Shown: positions 8,361-20,600 of the stretch, piece after piece
Layout: every line of letters begins with the position of its first letter
Numbering within the stretch: the first letter of the stretch is position 1
Assembly: GCA_029861705.1 (NCBI GenBank)
Contig: JAOTYW010000001.1
Coordinates: forward strand, 1 to 46,990
Source: Flavobacteriaceae bacterium
GTDB lineage: Bacteria > Bacteroidota > Bacteroidia > Flavobacteriales > Flavobacteriaceae
Reading direction: 5' to 3'
Length of the DNA stretch: 46,990 nucleotides
The notes under the pieces: generated by a model
Told to the model about the DNA's origin: nothing
Database searches by the model: none
Seen by the model: only the letters and a program-made list of their open reading frames with translations
Translations under genes and position numbers: made by a program

Positions 8361-10046
8361 CTATTGGGGTAAATCAAGTTTTGCCCAGGTATCCCTCAAG
8401 GTGACGGTTCTGTTAAAAACAAGCTTGTTTTCCGTGCTAACCGGGTCTACGCAGAAGTATCCGAGGCGCTGAAATTGATATCGCTCCTCGATTTTAGCTG
8501 TTTGCAGACTGGGCTCCAGATACGCCTCTCTGACTTCTAAGGATTCCGGATTGACAAATTCCATAAAATCTTTGTCTTTGTGGGCATCCGGAGTAGCATC
8601 TGTAAATAGTCTGTCATACAGCCTGATCTCAGCGTTTATCGCATGTCTGGCAGATACCCAGTGGAGTGTCCCTTTTACTTTTCGCCTACTTTCTTCGGTG
8701 GCACTACCGCTCCTGCTCTTAGGATCATATGTGCATTGAACCTCAATTACTTCCCCTGCATTGTTTTTCGTACAACTTTCTGCTTTGATTATATAGCCAT
8801 TTTTGAGTCGCACTTCTCCGCCAAGCTTTAGTCGGAAATACTTCCTGTTCGCCTCTTCCCTAAAATCCGCTTTTTCAATCCACAATTCCCCTGAAAATGG
8901 TATCTGACGGCTGCCAGCTGATTCATCTCCGGGATTATTTTCTGCTGTCAGCCATTCTTCCTCGTCTTCCGGATAATTAGTGATCACGACTTTAAGTGGG
9001 TCTAACACAGCCATAACCCTGGGAGCGATCTTGTTTAAATGATCCCTAACCGTGAATTCCAATAAGGATACATCTACCACATTTTCTCGTTTAGCTATGC
9101 CAATAGTATCGGCAAAATTCCGGATTGATTCCGGTGTATAGCCTCGTCTTCTCAGCCCAGAGATAGTAGGCATTCTGGGATCATCCCAGCCCGAAACCAC
9201 GCCTTTCTCTACCAATTGGAGCAATTTTCTTTTGCTGACAACCGTATGGCTCAAATTTCGCCTCGCAAACTCTCGTTGCTTTGGTCTTAATTTATCCGGC
9301 TCTCGGACCTGGTCCAGAAACCAGTCATACAGTTCCCTGTGAGGTGCAAATTCCAGGGTGCATAGAGAATGGGAAATGCCTTCGATATAATCGCTTTCGC
9401 CATGAGTCCAGTCATACAGCGGATATATACACCATGCGTCTTTTGTTCTGTGATGGTCCTTGTGCAAGACCCTGTACATAATTGGATCGCGCATTAGCAT
9501 ATTGGGAGAGCTCATGTCAATTTTAGCACGAAGCACGTGTATCCCTTCCTCAAATTCTCCCTTTTTCATCCCCTCAAATAACGCCAGATTTTCATCGACA
9601 ATTCGCTCTCGAAACGGACTGTTAACCCCTGGTTCTGTGGGTGTTCCTTTTTGCTTGGCCATTTCATCAGAGGTCTGGCTGTCTACATATGCCTTCCCGT
9701 CTTTAATCAGTTCTACTGCCCAATCGTATAGTTGTTGAAAATAATCTGATGCATAGCACTCTTTATCCCACTCATAGCCAAGCCATTGCACATCTTTCTT
9801 AATGGCATCTACAAACTCCTGTTCTTCTTTGGTGGGGTTAGTATCATCAAATCTCAAATTCACGGGGGAATTATAGCGCAGCCCCAGTCCAAAATTGAGA
9901 CAAATAGAACTGGCATGGCCTATATGCAGATAGCCATTGGGCTCTGGCGGGAACCGGAATCGCAGATCTGATTTTGAAAACCCGCCTTTCAAGTCATCTT
10001 CAACGATGTGTTCTATGAAATTCAATGATTTTTCAGTGTCATTCAT
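8361..10046 (-). CDS. glnS: Glutamine--tRNA ligase
   Basis: RFPPEPNGYLHIGHASS (HIGH motif), VVSKRKL (KMSKS-like motif), and a GlnRS-type C-terminal beta-barrel region. The ORF-track start at 10067 is a TTG. I prefer the ATG at 10046 (MNDTEKSLNFIEHIV...), because the TTG falls inside a candidate -7 box. Confidence 0.92.
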   Translation of the reverse strand: MNDTEKSLNFIEHIVEDDLKGGFSKSDLRFRFPPEPNGYLHIGHASSICLNFGLGLRYNSPVNLRFDDTNPTKEEQEFVDAIKKDVQWLGYEWDKECYASDYFQQLYDWAVELIKDGKAYVDSQTSDEMAKQKGTPTEPGVNSPFRERIVDENLALFEGMKKGEFEEGIHVLRAKIDMSSPNMLMRDPIMYRVLHKDHHRTKDAWCIYPLYDWTHGESDYIEGISHSLCTLEFAPHRELYDWFLDQVREPDKLRPKQREFARRNLSHTVVSKRKLLQLVEKGVVSGWDDPRMPTISGLRRRGYTPESIRNFADTIGIAKRENVVDVSLLEFTVRDHLNKIAPRVMAVLDPLKVVITNYPEDEEEWLTAENNPGDESAGSRQIPFSGELWIEKADFREEANRKYFRLKLGGEVRLKNGYIIKAESCTKNNAGEVIEVQCTYDPKSRSGSATEESRRKVKGTLHWVSARHAINAEIRLYDRLFTDATPDAHKDKDFMEFVNPESLEVREAYLEPSLQTAKIEERYQFQRLGYFCVDPVSTENKLVFNRTVTLRDTWAKLDLPQ

Positions 10047-10064
10047 CCCAAAATTTTTGAAGGA

Positions 10065-10072
10065 CAAATGTA
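10065..10072 (-). promoter_or_regulatory. Candidate -7 box (TACATTTG) for glnS
   Basis: The reverse complement of 10065-10072 is TACATTTG, which matches TAnnTTTG exactly. It lies 18 nt upstream of the ATG at 10046. There is no well-spaced -33 TTTG, so support is weak. Confidence 0.3.
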
Positions 10073-10329
10073 GGAAAAATGTACGCTCAAACGCCTATGA
10101 ATCAGGCTCACCATACAATAAATGCGTTTCACAACATATTTAGAGGGGGCGACAACATTAAATTCTTCCCGCGATAATTATATATCATATTTGTTGTTGG
10201 ATACTATGGTGAATGAAAAGTTAGCTCAACTATTGAAATTGATTATTGTAAAACCAAGAGCCATAAGGTCTTCCGATACCCCAAATTAAATCTCGGTATA
10301 CCTGAAGTTGCCTAAAGCAACACCCACTT

Positions 10330-12591
10330 ATGACACCAAAACCGATTTCTGTAATCCGCATCTGTTTTTATGCGATTCTGTTCTTGGCGGCATTTACTGC
10401 CCAGGCTCAGGATCTCGATGCGCCGATTGCTGCTCCAAATCAAACTCCTCCTCCAGGTACTACCCCATGGTCTGCTGCATGCGCCTCAGTTACTTTCAAC
10501 GACTATTGGGTGAATTTTACATGGGGGCCTCCTTTGGTAAACAGCGATAACGAATTTATCCTCGAACTTTCCGATGCCACAGGTGATTTTACCAGCGCGA
10601 TTGAATTAACCCGTGATGCTACTCAAAATACAACCTTCGACTTCTATTTTCAATTCCAGGTCCCCGCTGATGTAAGGGGAGAAGGGTATAGAATGAGGGT
10701 TCGATCTACAAGTCCAGCCGTTACAAGTCCATCATCTCCCGCCTATCCAATGTATTACATGGATGTGAATTCCGGGTTGACAATCAGACCACAGGGTCAG
10801 GCCGACTTCGGCGATGGTACTGCTGAAGTATGCGATGGGAATAATATAACGCTAGAAGTTTACGGGCTTTCAAATCCGGAAACATATCAATACAACTGGT
10901 ACAGAAGTGGAACGCCTTTAACAGAAACAAGTCATACGCTAACTGTTTCCCAGTCCGGCATGTACAATGTGGAAGTTGACTACGGTACTTGTTCCGGTTC
11001 CGGTAATACGTTATCAAATATTATAGATGTGACTGTCGGTTCCAGTTTAGGAATTGCGATCAATCCTCCCGCTAAAACAGATTTGTGTAGTGGGGAAACG
11101 GTTGACCTGGTTGCCAATATAACCGGCATGGGCTTAGACTACCAGTGGTTTAAGGACGGCACTGCGATTACATCGCCGACACTTGAAGACGATACATATA
11201 CAGTAGATGCCTCTTCTCCCGGCTTTGAGGGAGATTATCAGGTTGAAATCTCCGGAGGGACGGCATGCCTTGAGCGTTCTGCAGCTATATCTATTACTAA
11301 TGCAGGCGATTTTACGGTTACGCGTGACAATCCTGCCAATGTAGTTGTGCTGCCCGGACAAACACAAAATCTAAGTGTCTCTACTACTGCGACTTCTCCA
11401 TCATACCAATGGTACAGAAATGGAAGTGCGCTTCCGGGAGAGACCAATTCAACTATTACTGTAGACGATACAGCGACCGGTACTTATTTCTGCCGCGTAT
11501 CCCTAAGTGGTGGACCCTGTGCTTCTACATCGATCGATTCAGAAACGACCAATGTCGTAGTACCTGATTCCTTGGAAATAGTAGCTGGATACGCAACTGC
11601 TTATGAGGCCTGTGTTAGCACCAGTATTGTATTAGAGGTCACTCAAATTAACGCATTAGACTCGGGTGGAGGTAGTACAGATGTTACCTCAGACCTGCTA
11701 AGTAGCATGTCATTGCAATGGAAAAAAGACGGAACTGATGTCTCTGCTGAAACCGGATCAACGATCAGCCTAACAGATATTGGTGAAAATGGCAATTACA
11801 CTGTAGATGGAACGATTAGCACTTTTAATGCTACTTCAAATAGCTTGTCTGTAGAATTATTAGTGAATGAAACTTTAACCATATCAAGTACGGGGACTGT
11901 GAGTTGCGGTGTCGCAGTAGATATCCTATTGGATACAACCACATTGCTTACCGGAGAGTCCTTCGAATGGTCCCGAGATGGCACATTCATAAGCAATACT
12001 GATGAAGTATTAACTGTAAATGACCCAGGAACCTATCAATTAGCCATTGACAGAAATGGATGTCAATTATTTTCTAATGAGATAATAATTACCCCTATTG
12101 ATGATGACCTGATCACCCTGGATCCCGCAGGAGCTATAGTATTTCCGGAAGGTGGCAATCGCACAGTAAATGCAACAGGCGGGGATTCTTATCGTTGGTA
12201 CGATGCAGATAATACGGAGATCGCCACTGGTTCTTCTTATACGTTCACGACCGAAGGAAATTACACCCTCATTGCAACCCTTGGAGCATGTGAGATCATT
12301 AAACCCATTGAAGTGGAGTATCTGGATACGTTCCGGGTACCCAATGTAATAACTGTAAATGGAGATGGGATCAATGATGTGTGGGTAATTCCAAATTCTT
12401 ATTCAAACAAACCTGATGTCACGGTTATTCTTTACAATGAAAGAGGTGAAGAGATCTTAAACCAAAATGACTATCAAAATAATTGGCCCGAGGCTTCCAT
12501 GTCCTTTACAAGACAGAATATGATCTTCTATTACAAGATTATGAATGCTCAAGAAGTATTGAAGCAAGGAACCATAACTGTTATCAGATAA
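10330..12591 (+). CDS. Secreted Ig-like repeat protein with a T9SS type-B (gliding-motility-associated) C-terminal sorting domain; occupies the SprC-like position in the operon
   Basis: 753 aa. Signal peptide ICFYAILFLAAFTAQAQ. A unique N-terminal domain of about 130 aa. Six repeats of about 75 aa, each with C-x-G...Y(Q/R/E)W(Y/F/S)(R/K)(N/D)G...G-x-Y...C. C-terminus VPNVITVNGDGINDVWVIPN...GTITVIR matches the type-B CTD pattern (compare [16 protein letters not shown] in the giant protein). Confidence 0.8.
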   Translation: MTPKPISVIRICFYAILFLAAFTAQAQDLDAPIAAPNQTPPPGTTPWSAACASVTFNDYWVNFTWGPPLVNSDNEFILELSDATGDFTSAIELTRDATQNTTFDFYFQFQVPADVRGEGYRMRVRSTSPAVTSPSSPAYPMYYMDVNSGLTIRPQGQADFGDGTAEVCDGNNITLEVYGLSNPETYQYNWYRSGTPLTETSHTLTVSQSGMYNVEVDYGTCSGSGNTLSNIIDVTVGSSLGIAINPPAKTDLCSGETVDLVANITGMGLDYQWFKDGTAITSPTLEDDTYTVDASSPGFEGDYQVEISGGTACLERSAAISITNAGDFTVTRDNPANVVVLPGQTQNLSVSTTATSPSYQWYRNGSALPGETNSTITVDDTATGTYFCRVSLSGGPCASTSIDSETTNVVVPDSLEIVAGYATAYEACVSTSIVLEVTQINALDSGGGSTDVTSDLLSSMSLQWKKDGTDVSAETGSTISLTDIGENGNYTVDGTISTFNATSNSLSVELLVNETLTISSTGTVSCGVAVDILLDTTTLLTGESFEWSRDGTFISNTDEVLTVNDPGTYQLAIDRNGCQLFSNEIIITPIDDDLITLDPAGAIVFPEGGNRTVNATGGDSYRWYDADNTEIATGSSYTFTTEGNYTLIATLGACEIIKPIEVEYLDTFRVPNVITVNGDGINDVWVIPNSYSNKPDVTVILYNERGEEILNQNDYQNNWPEASMSFTRQNMIFYYKIMNAQEVLKQGTITVIR

Positions 12592-12599
12592 CCAAGCAG

Positions 12600-14672
12600 A
12601 TGAAACGAGTACTACTGTTTATAACCATGGTTCTATTGCTGGGCGCTAGTCAACTCACTGCCCAGGAAGACAATCCATTCATCACTTACGATGTGCCGTC
12701 TCAAAACTTGTTGAAGTTTAATCGCTTCCTTATCAACCCCACTTTTTCAACGGTGCGGGAAGACAAGTCATACTTTAATGTACTCCATAGAAACCAATCG
12801 GTAGATTTTGATGATAATAACCAGGCATACTTCTTAAGCTATAGTGGAAGAATTAATGACCGCACGGGACTGGGCCTTAGTCTATATACCCAGCGCGAAG
12901 GTACTATTAGCAATTACGGAATCCTGGCAAACTATGCTTATGGCATCAAACTAAGTGAAAAAAGTAACTTCACTTTTGGAGCCAACTTATCGTATTACAG
13001 TAGTGGTTTTGATGAAAACAGGGCTAATCCTGTAGAAATAGACCCCCTGTTAGGCGGACTTCAGGACAGCTCACTTTTTACCTTTCAGCCCGGATTCAAT
13101 GTCTCTTATGGGGCGTTCGACTTTGGTGTATTTGCTGAAAACCTCTTTGATTATAATTTAAAATCCAGTGAATCTATCACCGAATTCCAGGACAAGACTT
13201 TTTCCAGTCACCTGCAGTATACACACCAATTTGAAAATGGAAATGGAATTTTTGAACAAGCCCGGCTTATGCCATTGGCGCGGGTAAGAAAAGTGGGGGA
13301 GGAGGACCTTGTTCTTGGCGGTGCTCTTATCCTAGACCTGCCAAAATTAGGATGGCTCCAGGGAGGATATGATAGTTTCTACGGGGCTTCAGCTGGTATG
13401 GGTTTTAACCTAAACAAGCGTTTGTCAATTGGATATACAATGGAAAAAAGCCTGTCAAACAACTTTGACAATTTCGGCCCTACACATGAAATATCATTTG
13501 CCTATTCCTTTACGCCTAATCTTACAGAAGACCGCGTATTGTTAGAGGATCAGGAAGATCAATTGGTTAGCAATGAAGAAGAGCATTCTGAAGTATTTGA
13601 CGATAAGAACGCCGAGATAGAAGAATTAAAAAGAAGGTTGTCTGATAACGATGCTATTCTTGCCGAGCTTATGTACCGTCAGGATTCATTAGAATCTATT
13701 GAAAATAACAGAGAGCAGGATCTTGAAAGAAGATTTGAAATGGTCATGCGTATGGTACGAAATGAGACCAGGGGGCAACGACCTGATCTTGAAGAAAGAG
13801 CAAAAGAGCTATACTTTAATACACAAACCGATGAAACTGCCGTTGCTCAAAACCAGAGGCCGGTTCAGACTCAATCAGAGGAGCCAGAAAATCAGGATGC
13901 CGAGAATCAACCTCCTGTTCTTCGTCAAGACCCAACAAAAGCTACTGTAACACGAGATAGAAATGGTGTTGCAACAACACCCGTTAGAAAAGATCCCGGA
14001 GTTAAAAGCAGAAAGTTCAACGATCTGCCAGGGGTTGAAGATGGATACTATGTAGTAGCCAATGTTTACAAAGGCCCACACTACATGAACAAGTTTATGG
14101 ATAAGCTTTCAAATGAAGGCTTACAGCCCGACTACATAGACAACGAAAAGAATGGATTGAAATACGTTTATATCGATCGGTATAATTCATGGCAAGAAGC
14201 CGTTGATGCTTACAAGTCAGGTGTAAATGGAACGTATAATGGCGATCTGTGGATCATGAATGTTCAGAATCGCTACACAAATGAAGCTTATGCCGCCAAT
14301 ACAGAAATGGTGCGTGAGAAATCAGCTGAATACGAATCTGATGTCCTTCAACAAAATGTAGTTGTCAGGGATAAGGTTACTTCAAATGATCAGGATGGCC
14401 CCAGAACCGATCTATACGGCGAAGGCAATGGCTTTTACATTATCGCCAATGTATTTGCCAATCCCAATAATGCAAAACGGTTTGTAAAATATCTTAATAA
14501 CCAGGGCCTTAACGCCAGTTATTTTATTAATCCCGAGAACGATTACCGCTATGTATATCTCAAAAAACATAACTCCTGGAATAACGCACTCATAGCATAC
14601 TACTCAAATCTCAATGACACGTACATGGATAAAATGTGGATCATGCGTGTTACACCAAACTTAATCACCTAA
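12600..14672 (+). CDS. PorP/SprF-family T9SS outer-membrane protein fused to a charged coiled-coil linker and two C-terminal SPOR-like domains
   Basis: I prefer the ATG at 12600 ([22 protein letters not shown], a signal peptide) over the ORF-track start at 12483, which would overlap the upstream gene. The N-terminal ~310 aa resemble PorP/SprF ([25 protein letters not shown]...[12 protein letters not shown]...HEISFAYSF). The rest is a linker and two repeats of about 75 aa. Its stop TAA overlaps the next gene's start (TAATG). Confidence 0.8.
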   Translation: MKRVLLFITMVLLLGASQLTAQEDNPFITYDVPSQNLLKFNRFLINPTFSTVREDKSYFNVLHRNQSVDFDDNNQAYFLSYSGRINDRTGLGLSLYTQREGTISNYGILANYAYGIKLSEKSNFTFGANLSYYSSGFDENRANPVEIDPLLGGLQDSSLFTFQPGFNVSYGAFDFGVFAENLFDYNLKSSESITEFQDKTFSSHLQYTHQFENGNGIFEQARLMPLARVRKVGEEDLVLGGALILDLPKLGWLQGGYDSFYGASAGMGFNLNKRLSIGYTMEKSLSNNFDNFGPTHEISFAYSFTPNLTEDRVLLEDQEDQLVSNEEEHSEVFDDKNAEIEELKRRLSDNDAILAELMYRQDSLESIENNREQDLERRFEMVMRMVRNETRGQRPDLEERAKELYFNTQTDETAVAQNQRPVQTQSEEPENQDAENQPPVLRQDPTKATVTRDRNGVATTPVRKDPGVKSRKFNDLPGVEDGYYVVANVYKGPHYMNKFMDKLSNEGLQPDYIDNEKNGLKYVYIDRYNSWQEAVDAYKSGVNGTYNGDLWIMNVQNRYTNEAYAANTEMVREKSAEYESDVLQQNVVVRDKVTSNDQDGPRTDLYGEGNGFYIIANVFANPNNAKRFVKYLNNQGLNASYFINPENDYRYVYLKKHNSWNNALIAYYSNLNDTYMDKMWIMRVTPNLIT
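14040..14669 (+). other. Two tandem SPOR-like (peptidoglycan-binding, RNP-fold) domains at the C-terminus of the PorP/SprF-like protein
   Basis: Repeat 1 is [59 protein letters not shown]...GDLWIMNV. Repeat 2 is [59 protein letters not shown]...DKMWIMRV. Both follow the beta-alpha-beta-beta-alpha-beta pattern of SPOR domains. This assignment is by eye only. Confidence 0.6.
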
Positions 14673-17600
14673 TGAAAACCAGACTAACTAGGAACCTTTT
14701 ACTTGCTGGCTTATTGCTCTTCTCGTTTATCGGGCTAGGCCAGGAATTTAACCCCTTTGATGTTCGTTACCAGAACAACCTCAGGGGTGATCTTACATTT
14801 ATTGGAAATAACATTGTCAATCGCGATGGAGGTACGGGTTCTACTGAACCTGAAGATCCCTATGATGCCACCGGCAATTCCTCTACTTATAATGACTGGC
14901 TAAATATGCAATATATTGATGTAGATAGCGACCCGTCTACATTCAGTTCCAGTACGGCCAATTTTCAATTCCCGCAGGCCAATTGCAATCTAATTCGCTA
15001 CGCAGGCCTCTATTGGTCAGCCACATATCCAAGTGCCCAAGCCGGACAGCCATTAGGTACAGGGAGGCAAAATGATTTTAACCAGGTACAGCTTGCTGTG
15101 CCCGGAGCAGGCTATGTAAATGTAGTTGCAGATGAGGTCCTATTTGATGGGTTTACCAGTGGTGACCCTTCTGTGACACAAAACAGTCCCTATGCCTGTT
15201 ATGCAGATATTACGGCATTAATTACTCCCCTTGCAGATCCAAGTGGTGACTATACCGTTGCTAATATTCGCTCAGTTACAGGATCCTTATCGCCAGGCGG
15301 CGGTGCGGCTGGTGGATGGAGTCTCGTTATTGTATATGAAAACCCGACATTATCAGGAAAGCTTATTACTACTTTTGATGGGTTTGCCCGTGTGCGATCC
15401 GCCAATCCCCAAGTAGATATCAATTACGCCGGATTTAATACCATTCCTGTAGGTCCGGTAAGGGCCAATATTGGAGCTGCTGCACTAGAAGGAGATAATC
15501 GCATTACCGGGGATCAAATGCAAATTCGCGCTGCCAGCAATCCTGGCTTTACCGTTATTAGTGACCCGGTTAATCCTGCCAGCAATTTCTTCAATAGTAA
15601 TATTACCTTAAATGGCGCCATAACTACAAACAGAACGCCTAATAGTATCAACACGCTGGGGTATGATACAGATATGTTCCAGTTGAATAACCCCGTTAAT
15701 TCAGTAATTCCCAATGATGAAACGGCGGCCACAATGCGATTCACCTCTAATGGAGACCAGTACTATCCATTTTTCAATTCTTTTAATGTTGAGATCATTG
15801 AGCCCAACATAATTCTGGAAAAGAAAGTAGAAGACTTAGCTGGAAATGATATTACAGGATTAGGCGTAAATCTTGGACAGTTTCTGGACTATATCCTGAC
15901 CTTTCAAAATATTGGAAATGATAATGCAACCAATTATACGCTGCGCGACGATCTCCCGATCAATGTATCGGTAATTGAGTCTGATATCGTTGCCCCAGCA
16001 GGAGTCACATGGGTCTATGATCCGGTAGCTCATGATATCACTTTTAGTATTCCGGACAGTTTGATCGAAGAATTTGATCCGGCTAGTTCTATAAGACTGC
16101 GGGTTCAGGTTGCCGAGAATTGCTTTGATTTTATAGATGCCTGTACAGATCTTATTGCCAACCAGGCATATTCAACATATCAAGGTGTCATCAACAATGC
16201 TGTTATTACAGATGACCCTTCTGTTTCAGATTTTGACAATTGTGGATTTGTTACCCCTGGGGCAACTAATTTCCTTTTAGACGATCTTGAGAATTGTGAT
16301 TTCAGCAGAACAGTACAGTTGTGCGGAAATGATGTACTCCTCGATGCTGGTGATAATTTTGACCAGTACATATGGTATGAAGATCTGAATACCAATGGAT
16401 TAATAGATCCATCTGATCCGGTAATTACAGACGGAGATCCTGACGGTGATCCAAGTACACTGCTTGTTACGCAGGTAGGTATGTATATCGTAGATAAGAT
16501 CGTAGCTGATCCGTGTAAAGGATTTCAGGAGATCATTACAGTGGAGCCCTTTGGAGCCACATACCCAAATCCAATAACAGAACTTATCAATGACCTCACT
16601 AATACCGTAGAAGGGGAAGTGGTTACCTGTCCTAATGATGGGGAAGAACTGCCAAAAGTATTTTTATGTGGTGCTAATGATACGGAATTATTATCCCTTA
16701 ATATTCCGGATGCCGTTAGTATTGATTGGGAACAATTAGACGAAACCAGTTGTGCGGCATCCGTTGCTGATTGCGCAAATAAAGATTCTGGCTGTACATG
16801 GAATACTGTAGCAACAGGATTTGATTATACAGCTCAGGATGCGGGTCAATACAGACTTGTTGTAAGCTATCAAAATGGCTGTTTTGCCCGATTCTATTTC
16901 AACATATTCAAGAATCCGCTCGATCCTCAATACAATTCTACAGATATAATTTGTGCAACTCCCGGGAATATTACTATAACAAATATGCCTGCAGATTATG
17001 AGTATCAATTACTCGATACTACGACGGGTGCTGTTTTAGTACCATGGGGATCCAGCCCAAGTTTCCCAATTGCCACAAATGGTATTTACAGCGTGGAAAT
17101 GCGCCAGGCTGGTGTAATTGGAGGCTGTATTTTTATGTTGGATAATATTGGTATCCTGCTCAGGGATTACCAGGTAGATGTTACTGCCAGAGATGCCGAT
17201 TGCAGTGGACTGGGTGAGATTTATATCGCACAACTTAATGTAGAGGCTCAGTACTATTATGAAATACAACAGGGGGGTGCCACGATTGATACGTTCGGGC
17301 CTTCCAATGACAACAATTACACCTTCCAGAACCTGAATGCAGGCACCTATGATGTTATAGCATCTACAGATGATGGATGTACCTATACCGAACAGGTAAC
17401 CATTCAGGACAACAATGATCTGACACTGACAGCACAGATATCACAACATATCAGTTGTAGAGAAGGGAATATTCAGATGGACTCAAATGGAGGCCAGACA
17501 CCTCATGTTTATGCCATTTGGTCTTTTATCGATGAGGGCGGTAATCCCATTGTTTCTTATCCATCTGTTAATGATATCCCACCCTCGGAGTTCCAAACAA

Positions 17601-20600
17601 GTGTGATTTTTGATGTATTGATCCCTGGAGACTACACTTTTGTAGTAGTCGACAAAAACAACTGTTTTGCCATTTCAAATACCGTCACCATTGTTCTGGT
17701 GCCGTCTATTGAGTATGATCCATCAACCGTTACTAATGAAAGTTGTTTTGGGGCAGCCGACGGCAGCATTTCATTTAATCTTACAAATACCAACGGATAT
17801 CAGATTACCTTTCATCTTATAGATGACACCGGCACTATTCTAGAGTCAAATTCTTCTGGCGTCTTCACCAATCTTCCCCAGGGAGATTATACAGTTCGTC
17901 TGGATCAAAGCAAGGGAGGAGCTACTTGTGAGTTCTTTGAATATTATACCATTTCCGGACCCCCCAGTGGTGTAAGTGGTAATGCTGTTTTAGTGCAGCC
18001 CTATACCTGTCTCCAGACAGCCACAATTGAAGCACAGAATGCCGCTGGAGGAACCCCGCCTTATGAATACAGCATTGATGGCATCAACTTTGTTTCAGGT
18101 GCCGGAGCTGAAACGTTTACAGGACTTACAGATGGTGACTACACAATCACTATTAGAGACGCCACTGGATGCACCTTTCAAACGAATACAATTACTGTAG
18201 ATCCATTAAATATACCCGACGATCTTAGCTTTAGTATGACACCAGTCACCTGTCCGGATGAAACTTCAGATCTAACTGCTGACGTGCTTAATGGTATTGC
18301 TCCTTTTACTTTTGAGATCATAGCACCTGCGGTCATACCTGCCTCATCAACCTCAGGAAGCCAGGCCACATTTGACGACTTGCCTCCAGGAACTTACACT
18401 GTAGAAGTCACTGATGCCACTGGATGTGCCTATGACGAAAACTTTACCATAAATGCAATCCCAAAAATTAATGTGGCAGGAAGCCTTGTTAGCAATGTAA
18501 GTTGCTTCGGGATGGCCGATGGGGCCGTTGATTTCAACGTGGCTGATTTTGCATCCACTTATTCCTATACCATCAACGGCGGGGCAGCCATTACAGGGCA
18601 ATCTGCCTCAACAATCAATCTTACCGGTCTAGCCGCAGGAACGTATACTATTGTTGTCACTGATGAGACTCTAAATTGTATATCAACCGATGCAGTGACC
18701 GTTAGTGAGCCTACCGCAGCTTTAGCATTTACATATAACGTATCGCCAATAAGCTGTGCTTCGGATGGCTCGGTTACCATAAACGCAACCGATGGCTGGG
18801 GAAGCTATACTTATGAACTTGAGCAACCAGACACAACAGTATTAGGTCCACAGGGAAGCAACGTCTTTGGTGGCCTGACGCAGGCAGGAAATTATACCAT
18901 AAGCGTTACCGATGGCGGGGGTTGTACCGTAACAGATACATTTAGTTTAAGTGCACCATCGAACCCAACAGTAACTCTTGCGGCAACTACAGATCTTTGC
19001 TATTCGGCACCCGGAGGTGTTAGCCTTACTGCCGCTGCAGGTGGGGGCGTTCCTCCATACTCATATAGCCTGAATGGTGGACCGGGACAGGTTTCCAACA
19101 TATTCGCGGGGCTTTCCCCTGGTTCTTATTCAGTGATTGTTACAGATATATATGGGTGTACTGGGACATCGAATATCGTTGTAATTGAGCAACAGCTCAC
19201 AGCAACTGGCGTCCTGACAAAAGAATTGGATTGTACGGCTTCACCGGATGCCGTTATCGATGTGACCATATCCAATGGATATGCACCTTACACATATGAA
19301 GTGAATGGAGGGGCCAGTATTGCTGTTGTAGGCAACACTTTTACATACACTACGGCAACTGACGGTACTTTCGTATTTACAATAACAGATTCTGAAGGAT
19401 GTACCGCAGAAACAACTGTGTTTGTAGAACCCATCACTAACCCTGTTGCCGCGGAAACCATCGTAGATCCATCTTGCAACAGCGCTACTGACGGAAGTGT
19501 GGATATCATCATTGATACAAACTTTGGAACAGCTCCTTATGAAGTGAGCTTTGATGGTTCTGGATTTTCTCCACAGACATTCTATTCAGCTTTGCCTGCA
19601 GGAACCTATTCCTATAGCGTACGCGATAGCAAGAATTGTACCTTCACCAATACCGTTACCTTAACGGAACCTACTGCTATTAGTGGGGATGCCGTTATTA
19701 CCCAGGCCTATACCTGCCTGCAAAACGGAGAGATACAATCGCAAAATGTAGCCGGAGGAACTCCGGGTTATACCTATAGTATTGATGGTGTCACTTTTGG
19801 CGCTTCAGATACTTTTAGCGGACTTACAGATGGTATATATACCATAAGCATCATGGACAGCAACGGCTGCATTTTTGTGACAGCCCCGGTTAGCATTCCA
19901 GCGCTAGATCCGCCCACAGATATTGCTTTTACCGCAACCGCTCCTAATTGTCCTGCACAGACCTCAGATGTTACATTAACAGTAACCGATGGAGTAGGTG
20001 CTATTACATATGAGATCATTGCGCCTGCCCCAATCAATAATGGCAATAACAATATATTCACCGGCCTTGCCCCGGATACCTATACATTCCGGGCTACCGA
20101 TGCAAATGGGTGCTCCTATGACGAAGCATATACAATAATTCCGGTTAGTTTGATTAGTGTAGGAGGCTCCCTTGTCAACAATGTCAGTTGTGTGGGTGAT
20201 GCAGACGGTGCCGCCGATTTTGCCGTTAATGGATTTGCCACAACCTACGCCTATACAGTGAATGGAGGCCCAGCAGTTACCGGGCAATCTGCAGCTGTGA
20301 TCAACTTAACAGGTCTGGTTGCAGGTAATTATACCGTTGTTGTCACCGACGAGACTACCAGTTGTACGGCAACTGATGCGGTAACAATCAGTGAACCTGC
20401 AACTCCACTTGCCTTTACTTTCACGGCTACCCCACTCACCTGTGTAGCCGATGCTTCCGTAACGATCAATGCCACAGATGGTTGGGGAGGCTATACATAT
20501 GAAATAGAGCAACCAGATACAACAATACTGGGGCCACAAGCCAGTGCTATTTTTACAGGACTCAATCAGTTGGGTACATATACGATCCGCGTTACCGATG

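Noticed and set aside
12483-12599. Upstream extensions of ORF-track starts: 12483 for the PorP-SPOR gene, 14636 for the giant gene, 33251 for rnr, 10067 for glnS, 39697 for S41 and 40102 for the ligase-CBS gene.
   Set aside because: Several of these starts are TTG codons reported as M, or would overlap the upstream gene. In each case a downstream ATG gives a proper signal peptide or a family-typical N-terminus, so I used the downstream starts.
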